Shown here: in pieces, positions 12,207-24,495 of the stretch
How the letters are laid out: each line of letters opens with the position of its first letter
Numbering within the stretch: the first letter of the stretch is position 1
From: Histomonas meleagridis 2922-C6/04-290x
Taxonomy: Eukaryota; Protista; Parabasalia
Assembly: GCA_020184695.1 (NCBI GenBank)
Contig: JAANOX010000128.1
Span: 243,982-307,981, forward strand
Length of the DNA: 64,000 bases
Direction: 5' to 3'
Position numbers and translations under genes: made by a program
The notes under the pieces: model-generated
What the model was told of the DNA's origin: nothing
What the model saw: the letters and a program-made list of their open reading frames with translations, nothing else
Database searches by the model: none

Positions 12207-12890
12207 TCATTGTGTTTCTTGTTTTGGCGCATCGGCGTGCTGAGGCTCATCGATTTGAACGCCGAAATATTCGAGATAGCGATAGCACGAAAGAGCGAAA
12301 AGATCAGTGACTCCGATGCCGGAGAGCGAGCTCACCTCATGGAAGTGTGCGCCTAATTGGTTGGCCATGTTCAATCCTTCTTCATGGGAAACTTGGCGTT
12401 CTTCTGGTTCAGTCTCGCATTTGTTAGCTACAAGTACAAATTCTGCGTGGTCACTTGTTAATGAAGACAAAGCAATGTTGTGGTATTCTGAAACGTTTTC
12501 AAATGAAGTCCTATCTCTGACATCATATATTATCATGACAATTTGTGCATCGAGTATGTGTAACTGTCCGGATCGTGTGGAGCTCACACTTCCTTCTGTA
12601 TCCCAAATTCCTAATTCAATGTCAAAACCTGAAACGGAAATAGTGTGCTTGGTAAAAGTGGCTCCTGAGGTTAAAGGAAGAGGGCTTGGAATAAAATTTT
12701 GTGTCAATCTATAAAGAATACTTGTTTTTCCAGCTTTTGAATCCCCAATCATAACAATCTTAATTGAAGAAGGTGGATCGGGTACATTAACTTTGTTTTC
12801 TTTTGGTGTTGGCTTGCCTTTAAAAAAATCCCTAAATTTATTTTTCCAATTCCCTTTCGTTTTAAATTTTTGGTACCAAGCTATCGTCAA
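12207..12890 (-). CDS. Rab-like small GTPase, atypical; true start unresolved
   Basis: GDSKAGKTS, WDTEGS, NKCE, EVSS; no C-terminal Cys; no in-frame ATG upstream of the P-loop. Confidence 0.75.
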   Translation of the reverse strand: MTIAWYQKFKTKGNWKNKFRDFFKGKPTPKENKVNVPDPPSSIKIVMIGDSKAGKTSILYRLTQNFIPSPLPLTSGATFTKHTISVSGFDIELGIWDTEGSVSSTRSGQLHILDAQIVMIIYDVRDRTSFENVSEYHNIALSSLTSDHAEFVLVANKCETEPEERQVSHEEGLNMANQLGAHFHEVSSLSGIGVTDLFALSCYRYLEYFGVQIDEPQHADAPKQETQ

Positions 12891-13498
12891 TTCATTTGAT
12901 CAGTTTTTCGTTAACGGACTACTTCATAATCAATCCACCAGACCACACACTTTTCATTTGCTAAAATTTGCAACATGATTAAAATTTATTGATTTCTATT
13001 CATTAATTTTAACATTTATGATGTATTGTTTGCATGATTAATTTGACAACTTTGGTTTTATTTAAATAATACTATTTTATGTTTTTATTAAAAAATATAT
13101 CCAAATATTATTTGAAATATTTTTGTCATACAACAAATAAGTATTGCTATAATATTTTTTTGTAAAATTATTTAGTGGTGATATATTTCTTGAAGTCTTT
13201 CTATTTCATCATTTCTTGTCATACGATTTCTTTCTAATATTCCTTCTTCTATTAATTTTTAAAGAAACACTCAAATATATTTAGAATTGAATTTTTTTTC
13301 TTTCTTTTTCTGATTTATAATGTGAGTTTTATTTATTGTAAATAAAAGTAACTAAAACCAAATATAAGCTCACAATAATTATCTATTTTAGCGCCTTTTA
13401 AAGTTATCACATTTGATTTTCTAAATTAATTAATTACAGAAATTTTCTATAAAATTAGAAAAAAAATCAATTATTATATATACAAATTCATAACTAAG

Positions 13499-14545
13499 TT
13501 AGAACCAATTAAAGTCTCTGCATATGTTTGGAGGAAAGCATTCTTCATCTGATTGAGCCGCTGGGTCGCATTTATCAAAATTACAAAATCGTTCATAAAA
13601 ATGAGGGGTATCTTGACCTCTTAGTACTCTCTGCAAAGAGTACTTTGGTGTTATAGGCAAAACAATGTCTTCTGGAATCGATTTTTCGAGTTCATTATAA
13701 AATGCAGTGTCACTTTTTTGTAATCTGCACGCGCAAGTGTAGGAAAACGAATACAAAATCAAAACATTTCTTTGGTCGCTCTGTTGGATGGGGTTCTTTA
13801 ATATGTCTTTGATAAAAGGTTTCAGGTACTTTTCAAAGATGTCTTTTTTGGAAAATACAAAAATGCAAAAATATAAAATGTAAGTAGCAACTTGTTGATC
13901 TAATGGCCATCGATCACTAATCTTTTTAATGCAATCGATTGTTTTTTCATAGAATAGTTGTGAAATTGGATCATTGAGATTTCCAAAAATGTGTGTAAAA
14001 ATATAACCATAATGGAATAGAGAATTCCAATCTAAATAATTCACTTTGAGGCTTGCTTGTCCTGGGAATGATTGTGTCAATATGAAATTTATGACTTCAG
14101 GTCGATAATCAATGTTAAATTCCTTAAAGTTATTGGAATCAAGAAGATCTTTAATCTGCGCCTGGAAATTTGGAAACAAGGCAACATTATTAACAATACT
14201 TCCAAAGATGCTTTGAACCTTTAAGGTATCAACTTTGTAATTTTTAATTTTCTCAAGCATTTCCTGTCTTTGACGTTCTTTTTCTTCTTTTTGAAGTCTT
14301 TCTATTTCTTTTCTTTTAGATTCATCTTTTAAATTTTGAATTAAAATATTTGTTTCTAAATATGGAAAATTTACTCGAGTGCTCTGTAATGTAATTTTTT
14401 CTGTTTTCTTAGGTGTTTTTGTGTGAAGCAGATCTGCAATTATCCGCATATTCCTACTCATTGCAACTCTCTTTTGTTTTCCCTGCTTCTGTTCCAATGA
14501 ACTATAGAGAAAATTGTGTGAAAATATGCTATCGTAGTTCGACAA
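13499..14545 (-). CDS. Hypothetical protein
   Basis: 348-aa ATG ORF with a short coiled coil; no recognised domain. Confidence 0.7.
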   Translation of the reverse strand: MSNYDSIFSHNFLYSSLEQKQGKQKRVAMSRNMRIIADLLHTKTPKKTEKITLQSTRVNFPYLETNILIQNLKDESKRKEIERLQKEEKERQRQEMLEKIKNYKVDTLKVQSIFGSIVNNVALFPNFQAQIKDLLDSNNFKEFNIDYRPEVINFILTQSFPGQASLKVNYLDWNSLFHYGYIFTHIFGNLNDPISQLFYEKTIDCIKKISDRWPLDQQVATYILYFCIFVFSKKDIFEKYLKPFIKDILKNPIQQSDQRNVLILYSFSYTCACRLQKSDTAFYNELEKSIPEDIVLPITPKYSLQRVLRGQDTPHFYERFCNFDKCDPAAQSDEECFPPNICRDFNWF

Positions 14546-14628
14546 GAATATTCATAACAATTTTTCCTGCCATGTTAAAAGAAACAAGTTTAATTATTGA
14601 AAAGACTGTTTAATCATGATACCGCAAT

Positions 14629-15045
14629 TTAGTTGCGCTCACCACGAATTCTTTGTGCTAGTTGAACATCACGTTCCATGATTGTAACACGGTTAGCATG
14701 GATTGCACAAAGGTTTGTATCTTCAAAGAGACCTACAAGATAAGCTTCTGATGCTTCTTGAAGAGCTGCAATAGCTGATGATTGGAAACGAAGATCACCA
14801 CGGAAACCAGATGCGATTTCACGAACAAGACGTTGGAATGGAAGCTTACGGATTAAAAGATCTGTACTCTTTTGATATTTACGAATTTCACGAAGAGCAA
14901 CTGTACCTGGTCTGAAACGATGTTGCTTCTTAGCACCTTGTGAATCAACAACTGGTGTTGACTTACGAGCTGCCTTAGCACCGAGTGACTTACGTGGAGT
15001 CTTACCACCAGTAGACTTACGTGCTGTTTGTTTTGTACGAGCCAT
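14629..15045 (-). CDS. H3: Histone H3
   Basis: [15 protein letters not shown]...[37 protein letters not shown]. Confidence 0.99.
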   Translation of the reverse strand: MARTKQTARKSTGGKTPRKSLGAKAARKSTPVVDSQGAKKQHRFRPGTVALREIRKYQKSTDLLIRKLPFQRLVREIASGFRGDLRFQSSAIAALQEASEAYLVGLFEDTNLCAIHANRVTIMERDVQLAQRIRGERN

Positions 15046-15505
<460 letters not shown>

Positions 15506-15761
15506 ATAATGATATATATATCATTTTTATTATTTTAAAATTTGTTTACTTCATACATATCGAATTTTAAAGAAAACCATTTTCTATTTGTATTCATCAA
15601 GCTTAGCTAAACTTTATCATTTTATTAAATAATGATAAATTTATGTAATCTAATTTGATAGATTCCATAATTGTTAACAGCATATAATCAATTTTTTTGT
15701 TTTGAACAAATGATAACAAAAAACATGTTTTAATAATGATGCAAATCCAATAACAACATTA

Positions 15762-16757
15762 TTACATACATCTTACATTTTCATCCCAAACGTTCGCCTT
15801 TATGTTCACAATTTGATTCAATTTTTCTTTGATCTTTTTCGGTTTGAAATCAAAATGTATCAAATCTTCTGCCTGATCGAAAAATGAGTGTTTCCGTACT
15901 TCCTCTAGTGAACACCTTTCGCTTGGGTGTACTACCAACATTTTCATGATTAAGTCTAAAAGACTTTCAGAATAATGATGAGATTCAGGGATCTTCAATT
16001 TTGTGGTTTTGATTTTGTTGACAATTTCATAAACATTTGATCCATCATATGGCAGCTTACCAAATACTGTTTGATATAAAGTAACTCCTAAGCTCCATAC
16101 ATCTTCTTTTGTTGGGTCATTTGTATCATATTCATCTTCTTCCTCGTCTTCAAAAAGCTCTGGAGCTTGGTACGCAGGCGACCCAATAACCGTGTCTGCG
16201 CTTTGGAATGTGTGGCCGATTCCGAAGTCCGATAATTTTGCGTATCCTTTTGAGAATAAAATAATGTTTGATGGTTTGATGTCTCTATGAACAATGTTTT
16301 CCTTTTCATGAAGATACGTAAGCCCGCTAACGATTTGTTTGAATATTGACGCAATTGTCACCTCTGTAAATTCCATATGATTTGATATTGCATTTTCAAG
16401 GGAACCACAGTCAGCATATTCTAGAAACATGTAAACTGTACCTCGCTGTTGTGAGCGAAGAACGTCATGTAATTTAATAATGTTTGGATGAGAAAATTTC
16501 TTTAATAATCTTATTTCTCTTTGAAGTAAAAGTAGTCCGTTTCCGCTTGCACCTCGTTCTGAGACTTTAATTATTTTTGCTGCATAGTAGCTTCCATCTG
16601 TTGTGTCTTTAGCTAAGTAAACTTTTGAAGAAGATCCATATCCTATTTTAGAAATCAGTAAATACTGATTAACTTTCTCTGTTGTTTTGATTTTATTTTC
16701 AACTATAAAAGTATGCTTGAAGGGTCCTGTTGGAAGAGTGGCCCTTCGAACTATCAT
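15762..16757 (-). CDS. Ser/Thr protein kinase, CAMK group-like
   Basis: GYGSSSKV, AAK, HRDIKPSN, DFG, GSPAYQAPE, DVWSLG. Confidence 0.95.
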   Translation of the reverse strand: MIVRRATLPTGPFKHTFIVENKIKTTEKVNQYLLISKIGYGSSSKVYLAKDTTDGSYYAAKIIKVSERGASGNGLLLLQREIRLLKKFSHPNIIKLHDVLRSQQRGTVYMFLEYADCGSLENAISNHMEFTEVTIASIFKQIVSGLTYLHEKENIVHRDIKPSNIILFSKGYAKLSDFGIGHTFQSADTVIGSPAYQAPELFEDEEEDEYDTNDPTKEDVWSLGVTLYQTVFGKLPYDGSNVYEIVNKIKTTKLKIPESHHYSESLLDLIMKMLVVHPSERCSLEEVRKHSFFDQAEDLIHFDFKPKKIKEKLNQIVNIKANVWDENVRCM

Positions 16758-17265
16758 TATGTTGCCAGATGAATTGATTTTGTTTTGTTTGAATTCACTT
16801 TTATTGTCGATACAACAGAATTCAATTGGTATGTTTGGTCGCGCATTCTTTAATTTTTTTCAAATTACTTTTTCTGTGCGTTTGAGAGATATGGTTGGCG
16901 TCGAAATTAATTTCTGGTATTTTCATCTCAAAATTCAATTCAATATTGTATCGTAATTATCTTCTATGTGCCGGAAGACGTTACATTATCATCAGATTGA
17001 TTTTAAGTCAATTTCTTTGTGTTTAAAGAAAACAAACCAGCCTTTTCTCTAAATGTGTTAACACCACAACATTAGACACAATTTCCATCAAAATAAACAA
17101 ATTAGTAATTGATAATAATATGTTAAAAAACTATTACCCGGCATCATATCTTACATGTAATACATAACCATTATTTTTTTTAGTGATATCAACACTTTAT
17201 TTATTACTTACGAAAAGATTTTTTATCTCATAATCAGGAGAACGTTAAACTACGAAAACTTTAAA

Positions 17266-18735
17266 ATGAGAGCAAGCGAAGATGACGCACAATCCTTTTT
17301 CTCAACAGTTACAGAGGATTCATCTTTTCTTTCCACATCAGAAACAACACAATTTTATTCTGCTATTTTCGAATATGCTCAAGGCAAACCACCACAAATA
17401 CTTTGGGATGTTGGAATTCCACAATTTAAATCTCTTGATTCTTTCAAGTTTTATATTGCTTCTACACCTTTTGCATCGCAGGATGAAGTTTTTATTCTCA
17501 AACCCACAATAATTCTTTCCTCGTATGAAAATTTCCATTATATTGCTCTTTATACTCAATTATTTGACATTGAAGCACGTGGATTTTCCCGTTCTATTGC
17601 CTACGTTATTGTTCATCAATCATCTGAAATGATCCAAAACATTTATTACACGCATCTTCAAAAGATGGTTGATCTTATCAATTCTCTCCAACGCAAAACC
17701 ATTGAATCCGCATCACATGATCTTTCAATCTATGCACTTCAACTTGAGAAAACCAATGAAAAATATCCAGAAAATGAGCCACTTTTCAAATCCAAGCTTA
17801 AAGAACTTCAACTTTACCTTGATTGCTTTAATGTTAAAATAGACCGAACACTCCAAGCAGAGCCCAAAGATGTTGAGTTCTTCTCGATAATCAGGAACGA
17901 TCTCCGCCCCATTTTTGACATCACCAACTTCACCGGTGAATTTTCTAAACGGTTCGAGGACCTCCATAACGAAGTATCAAATCTTTCGTTTAATGGCCAT
18001 GTTTCATCGCTCGGGAATTATCGTGAGTCGAATCCTAAGATATGTTTTGGTGCAGATAATTTCCCTGCATTTGTTGCACAAATGAAATCATTTTCAGATG
18101 AAGAGAAACTTACAAGTAATGATGAAGCTATCTTTGAAGCTGTATTTCGGAGCGAAGTCTTTTATCATTGTTCATTTTCAATTCTTTCAGGGAAAACTCT
18201 TTGTATAATATCGACAAAGAACAAATTAGCTTCATATATTTGCGAACGATTCTCCATATGTATTCCATTTTACAAAGACAATTACATACGGATTATGCCA
18301 GGCACAATTGAGTCCATTGATTGTTTAAGATATTCAATTGTCGTTGCAGAGAAAATTAATCAGCAAAAAGGTATAAACTTGAACGTGTTGGATTTAGATA
18401 ATCTGATTTACAGTGGAGAAAAATGTCCAATTAATTCATTCATAAGGAAATTTGATATAAATGATAGAACATATTCATATAACATATTCTTTAAGACTTT
18501 GTTCTTAAAGTTAAAAACAAAATCGTTTGCATTCATGATGAAATTGGCTGAATTAGGCGAACAAAAAAATTTACAAAAAGATAAAATTTTTAGTAAATCT
18601 GAATCAGGCTTTACGAAAGATGATGAGCCAATTCTAAGGTATTGGATATTATCTTACTTTAACAAATCCAACTTAAGGCCAATATATAACGGATGTGCTG
18701 TAGAACAGCCAAAAGCAGGTGAAGTGAAATTCTGA
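17266..18735 (+). CDS. Folliculin/SMCR8-type longin/uDENN domain protein
   Basis: LFDIEARGFSRSIAYVIVH matches the FLCN/SMCR8 D-x-x-ARGF-x-R motif. Confidence 0.65.
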   Translation: MRASEDDAQSFFSTVTEDSSFLSTSETTQFYSAIFEYAQGKPPQILWDVGIPQFKSLDSFKFYIASTPFASQDEVFILKPTIILSSYENFHYIALYTQLFDIEARGFSRSIAYVIVHQSSEMIQNIYYTHLQKMVDLINSLQRKTIESASHDLSIYALQLEKTNEKYPENEPLFKSKLKELQLYLDCFNVKIDRTLQAEPKDVEFFSIIRNDLRPIFDITNFTGEFSKRFEDLHNEVSNLSFNGHVSSLGNYRESNPKICFGADNFPAFVAQMKSFSDEEKLTSNDEAIFEAVFRSEVFYHCSFSILSGKTLCIISTKNKLASYICERFSICIPFYKDNYIRIMPGTIESIDCLRYSIVVAEKINQQKGINLNVLDLDNLIYSGEKCPINSFIRKFDINDRTYSYNIFFKTLFLKLKTKSFAFMMKLAELGEQKNLQKDKIFSKSESGFTKDDEPILRYWILSYFNKSNLRPIYNGCAVEQPKAGEVKF

Positions 18736-19104
18736 TGTTTATTTAAACGTTCTTGTGTAATGTGATATGAAATATGTAAAAAATTTTAATTTGGAATTTT
18801 TTTTAAAATAACGCGAATAGAAAATGCTTTAGTAGCCACGTGTCTGTGGCATCAGTATTAAAAAATCGTTTTGCTTTTAAAAAAATACTTTTTATTGATG
18901 CATTGTTAAATTTAACCATTTTGTAAATATTTCATTATGTCTATTTTGAAATAATTTTTACTCGTGAGTAATTCAAGTGATTTAGATATGAATATCTTTG
19001 GTGTGAATACTAATTTTCGTTTTCTTCTGTTGGATGGGGTGCGCCAATAATTTGAATCAAAAGCAATCGTTAAATTCTGGTTAAATAAGAAAAAAATTAT
19101 TTTA

Positions 19105-20607
19105 ATGATAAACCCTTTCGATCTCCCAGACGAAAACGAAAATGGAGAAGCAAATGACCAATTTAGTTTTACTTTCCCTGCTGAAGAAAGTAATTTTTCA
19201 ACAAATGATCAATTTACATTCACATTTCCCAATGAATCTGAAAATACAAATACAAACTCATTCACATTTACTTTCCCAGATGATGGGAATGAAAATAAAT
19301 ATGACAATCAAATCGAAAGTAATAATGGCGTCGATGATACAAATGGAATTGCAAATGTTAATTCAGTAAACTCAACTGAATCTTCTGCAGTTCAGAGCAA
19401 TAATGCATATTCGAAAGAAATCCAAATAAATATGGATTCTCAAGAAGGAAAATTACCAATAGAATCACAAGAATCCCCAAAAATCCTTAGTGCAGACAAA
19501 GATCATCAGCCAAAATTTAGTGAAATTGAATCAGATACTTCAGATAACAATTCACATGTTCGCAATGATGAAGCCGAAACAACACAAAATAAATCTCTTT
19601 TCGATGATGTTAATGCTGGTAGTGATCAAAATCGCAAATCTTTATTTAGCGATGACAATGATACAGAATCAGCAAACAAATCTTTTGAATCTCTGTTTGT
19701 TAACGAGTCGAACAAAGAAAATATCAAAAAACGCAAATCACTTTTCGACGACGAGGAAGAAGAACCGAATCAGAAAACACTTTTTAATGAAAATGAAACA
19801 AAAGCAATTTCTAATGAACAACCAAAAGAGGAAAATAAAAACATTTTTGTAGACGAGAAAGAATTAGATCCGAATGGTAAAGAAGGTCAAAATAATTCAA
19901 ATATAACTGAAAATGAAACTAAAATCAATTTAAGCATTAATGAACATCATAACGAAAACGAAACAAAAGCAATTTCTAATGAACAACCAAAAGAAGAAAA
20001 TAAAAACATTTTTGTTGAAGAAAGAAAATCAGTACCTAATGAAGAAGATCAAAATAAAACAATTCTTACCAGCAACATTAACGAAAACACTAAAAATGAA
20101 TCGCTTTTCGTAGATAATATCGAAAAACCAAAAGTTTCTAATGACAACAATTCGCTTTTCGTAGATAATAACGAAAAATCACAAATTTCTAATGACAATA
20201 ATTCGCTTTTCGTAGATAATAACGAAAAATCACAAATTCCTAATGATGATAATTCGATTTTCGTAGATAATAACGAAAAATCACAAATTCCTAATGATGA
20301 TAATGCGCATGCTGACGAAACTTTCGCCGACTCATTCTCGTTCACATCTCCGAGCAGCGACACTTCGTTTACATTCACATTTCCGACTGATTTCACCGCA
20401 GTAAACAATTCGAACAATTTCACGTTTACATTTTCTGATGAAGCAATTCAAGAAGAGGCAGCGAATGACTCGGAACTGTATAAAGAATTTATGAATTTGA
20501 TAAAGGACCCAATTTTTAACAAGTCAAAGTCAGAAATATATAAATTATTTGATTATGAAGATCCAAAAGACAATTGCAATGAATGCATAAAAATGTTACT
20601 TGCATAA
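19105..20607 (+). CDS. Acidic low-complexity protein with FTFTFP and (S/T)LF(D/V/N) motifs
   Basis: 500-aa ORF; repeated SLFDD/SLFSD/SLFVD motifs. Confidence 0.75.
   Translation: MINPFDLPDENENGEANDQFSFTFPAEESNFSTNDQFTFTFPNESENTNTNSFTFTFPDDGNENKYDNQIESNNGVDDTNGIANVNSVNSTESSAVQSNNAYSKEIQINMDSQEGKLPIESQESPKILSADKDHQPKFSEIESDTSDNNSHVRNDEAETTQNKSLFDDVNAGSDQNRKSLFSDDNDTESANKSFESLFVNESNKENIKKRKSLFDDEEEEPNQKTLFNENETKAISNEQPKEENKNIFVDEKELDPNGKEGQNNSNITENETKINLSINEHHNENETKAISNEQPKEENKNIFVEERKSVPNEEDQNKTILTSNINENTKNESLFVDNIEKPKVSNDNNSLFVDNNEKSQISNDNNSLFVDNNEKSQIPNDDNSIFVDNNEKSQIPNDDNAHADETFADSFSFTSPSSDTSFTFTFPTDFTAVNNSNNFTFTFSDEAIQEEAANDSELYKEFMNLIKDPIFNKSKSEIYKLFDYEDPKDNCNECIKMLLA
20101..20304 (+). 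repeat. Four 51-bp coding tandem repeats (SLFVDNNEKSQISNDNN)
   Basis: Units start at 20101, 20152, 20203, 20254. Confidence 0.85.
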
Positions 20608-21721
20608 TAATATAATTAATAAAAATGTTCTTTCGTTAACTTTTTCAAAAACAAACTTTTAAATGTATTAAATTATAAATAATTAATTTGGTTTTGTATA
20701 ATATGTATTTTTGTTTAAAAAAAATAAATTTTTAAAAAAATATGGGCGTTTTTAAAAAAAGCGTTCAATAGTTTTTCAATAGATCCCAGTCAATTGGAAA
20801 TGTTGGGATTCATTTATACTATGAGCCAGCCTGTCTGAGGATTCGGATTCATCAATTTTACATTATTCTCCATTTTTTGAGAAAAAAAATTGAATAATTT
20901 ACAATTGTAAATAGACTATGATAGAGAAACTTTTTGAATTCATACGGTTTCTTTATCCAATATTTCAATGTGTATAGAAATTTGTGTTGTTAACTTCATT
21001 TTTTATGTTTCAATTAAAAAATCAAGAATGTCTATAATGAAAGAAAAGACTATAAAGATTCATCGTTGACAGAACCCTCCTTTTTATATCAGTATTTTTG
21101 AATCATAATATAAATTGATGGTTTTAATATTAATGGTGAAAATGAAGAAGATTTAAAAATATAAATTCACTGAAGCCATGAAATAAATATCGATTCGCTT
21201 GGGTAAAAGAAAATAGGAAAAGAAAATTTAATTTTTTTACTTGAATTTCTTTTCAATTGATATTTTTTAAGAACAAAATAATTTGAAAAAAATTTTTTTA
21301 TTATGATTCAAAAAAAAGTATGGTCGAAATCAGATCGAAATTTCATAACAAGGATTTGAAGATTGAGTACCTCTCGTAAAAATACTTATTTTGGCTCGTT
21401 TTTTGTAAGGTATTAACTTTCGATTGAAGAAAATTAAATTCCAAAAAACACAAATACTTATGTTTAATTTTGTTTTAATAAAACAATAATGTAATATTGA
21501 ACAATCTTTCTTAATGTTTTTCACCAGTAAAAAATCGTGGGATCATCATATTTTTCCGAATCATTGAAAAAATTCCGAAATATTATTTTGAAATATAAAA
21601 TTAGTAAAATGAATTTTAAATAAAATAAATAAAAACGAATAGTAGGATCAATTCCATCTTGTTCAAGAAGTAATTTAGTGATTTCTTTGTGACCATTTTT
21701 AGATGCCCAATTAAGTGCTGT

Positions 21722-22141
21722 CCAAAATAATTTAAATAATTTCCAAATATAATTTTGAAATCCAAAATTATTAAAATAAATTTCAAATAAAATAAATAAA
21801 TTTCTTTAGCATTAATATCATTTCCTTCTTGTTCAAGAAGTAATTGAACTATTTCTGTATGACCATTCCAAGATGCAAACATAAGTGCTGTATAAAATAA
21901 TTTAAATAATTTCCAAATATTATTTTGAAATATAAAATTATTAAAATAAATATAAAATAAAACAAATAAATATCTTTGGCATTATTATCAATTCCTTCTT
22001 GTTCAAGAAGCAATTTAAATATTTCTATGTGACCATTGTAAGATGCTCTAATAAGTGCTGTTTTAAATAATTTAAATAATTTCCAAATATTATTTTCAAA
22101 CATTAAATTATTAAAATAAACATTAAATAAAACAATTAAAT
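21722..22141 (-). repeat. Three 80-nt ankyrin spacers (22062-22141, 21892-21971, 21722-21801)
   Basis: Counted by hand; 170-bp period. Confidence 0.9.
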
Positions 22142-23217
22142 ATCTTTAGCATTAACATCAATTCCGTTTTGTTCTAAAATATATTTAATAAGTTCAATGT
22201 TTCCTGATTCTAAAGCAAATAACAAAATATTTTTCGGGATTTGATTATTTTGCAGAAAATATTCAACGAGATATAGGTTTCCAATTTCTGCTGATGCATT
22301 AATAATGAGATTATTAATTTTCATTCCTTTCTCTTCTAAAAATGTTAAAATATCATAGTTATAATATAAAACGCATATACTTCCTAATTTTTCGATTATT
22401 TTAATTTCTTCGGTTTATTATCATAAAGATAATAAAAGATATCGTTTTTATGGAATTCAATTGCTGTTTCAAATGCACCTTCAAACGATGAATGATTTTG
22501 TTCACATAAATGAATTACCTCTATATTTCCACCTGCAGTTGCATATTTACCTGTGTCTGATACATTTGCATTGTTCATAAGTAAATATTTAAAACATTTA
22601 ATTGATCCAAAAAATACTGCATAATCAATTAATGTAACATTTTTTTTGTTAATAAATGAACATCTTTCATAAAGTGATGGTTCAATGATTTGATTAAAAT
22701 CAAAATTTGCTTGTGATGATATATCTTGAAGTTTTTCTATTTCATCATTTCGAATTATTTTTGCAATTTCGTTTGGATTTACTCCTTCATGAATTAATCG
22801 TTTATGAAGTTCCAAATCATTCTTTTTTAGTTCTTCACTATACGCAATGATTTGATTAATAACTTTCTCATTATAATCTAAAATCATTTGTTCAGTTTCT
22901 TTATCTATTTTATAATATTTTATAGAATTTTTTTCTTGATTAAAAAAGTCATATAAAAATTTAACATTCAAAAAAAAAATGACTTATTTTCTATTTCAGT
23001 TTGAAAAAGATCAAAAAATTCCTTTTCATAATTTGAAGTGATGCTTTTATCAATTAGTTTTTTTTCTATCATTTTTTCAAGTAAATAATATGCTACCAGC
23101 GGTTCAAGATTGGATATGCAATCAATAAAAACATCCATTACTTTTGGATTACTTAAAAAATCATGATATTGATTTTCATGTTTATTTAAATTTTCAATAT
23201 AACTTGAATCAAGAATA

Positions 23218-24495
23218 TAGGGGGTTCCAAAAGTTCGTGTAATCCATTTTATTTCAATGAGTAAACATTGATGTAATTTTATATTTAATATATATTATAT
23301 TCATAAAGTGTTCTATAATTTATATATGTATTAATTTGAGTTTTGTCGATTGTGAATCGAAATATTCACATTTTAAAAACGATAGCGACCGTTTGAGTCC
23401 ACTTATGAACCAGTTGGGTCGGTATATCGTTATTGTTATCTTAGAGGATTATCTCCAAGAGAAGCACATGAATAAATGATACGAGCGTATGGAGAAGATT
23501 GTCCTCATCAAAATACTATAAGAAAATGTTTAAAATATTTGAAGAAGGCTCAAAATCACTTGATGACGAACACCGTACAGGGAGACGTAAAAATACCTCA
23601 TTTGTTCCAAAAGTGCAGGATCTTTTAATGAACTATCCATTTTTATCAGCAAAAGCTATTGCCAATATGTTGGGAACTCTTAAGACAACAATTCTTGAGA
23701 TTTTACATGATAAAATGGGTTATGTAAAGTTGAATTTTCGATGGATCCCCCATCAACTCAATGATGATCAAAAAGCCGATAGGGTTCAGGCTGCACACGG
23801 AATGTTAGAAATTCTCAGAAACAATAAAAATCCCTGGTGCAACATAATTACAGGTGATGAAACATGTATATATTGGGAAAACAACAATACAAGTCAATGG
23901 CTTCCAATTGGAAGCAAAAGGCCAGAAATTCTTAAAAGAATTATGACGGTTAACAAAACGATGATTAGCGTATACCTAAGTACGGCAGGGATTATCTCAA
24001 TAGATCCTTTATTAAATAATATAAAATTTAGTGCACAGTATATGATACAAGGTATACTTCAGAAGTCAAATAATAATGTAAAACAAAGTAGAAAAAGGTT
24101 GGGAGTTTCAGGTTGTTTTTTACATATCGACAATGCACCGTCACACAACGCGACCGTTACTTTAGACGAGATCCGAAAATTAGGCATTAAAAGAATGTCT
24201 CACCCTGCTTATTCACCAGATATTGCTGTTTGTGATTTTCGGCTATTCGGTGTTGTAAAAGAACGGATCAAAGGCTACACATTCAATAAAGAGAACGAAT
24301 TAATTCAAAAAATTTCTGAAATTCTCAATGGAATATCAACACAAGAAATTGAAGATGTATATGAAAAATGGTACCGCCGTCTCGAATGAGTTATTAATAA
24401 CAAAGGGGAGTACTACACAAATTAATAAAAAGATTTTCTATATCTTGTTTATTTATTGAGAAAAAGTTGAATTACACGAACTTTTGGACCCCCCT
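23218..24495 (+). mobile_element. Mariner (Tc1/mariner, DD34D) DNA transposon, 1278 bp, decayed
   Basis: TIRs TAGGGGGT(T)CCAAAAGTTCGTGTAAT at 23218-23243 and 24471-24495, TA target duplication at 23216-17 and 24496-97. Confidence 0.95.
23405..24425 (+). pseudogene. Mariner transposase pseudogene
   Basis: WIPHQL, TGDET, HIDNAPSH, HPAYSPDIAVCDF with 34 residues between D2 and D3; TAA at 23473, lost G in a Trp codon near 23528, TGA at 24387 before VINNKGEY. Confidence 0.9.
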
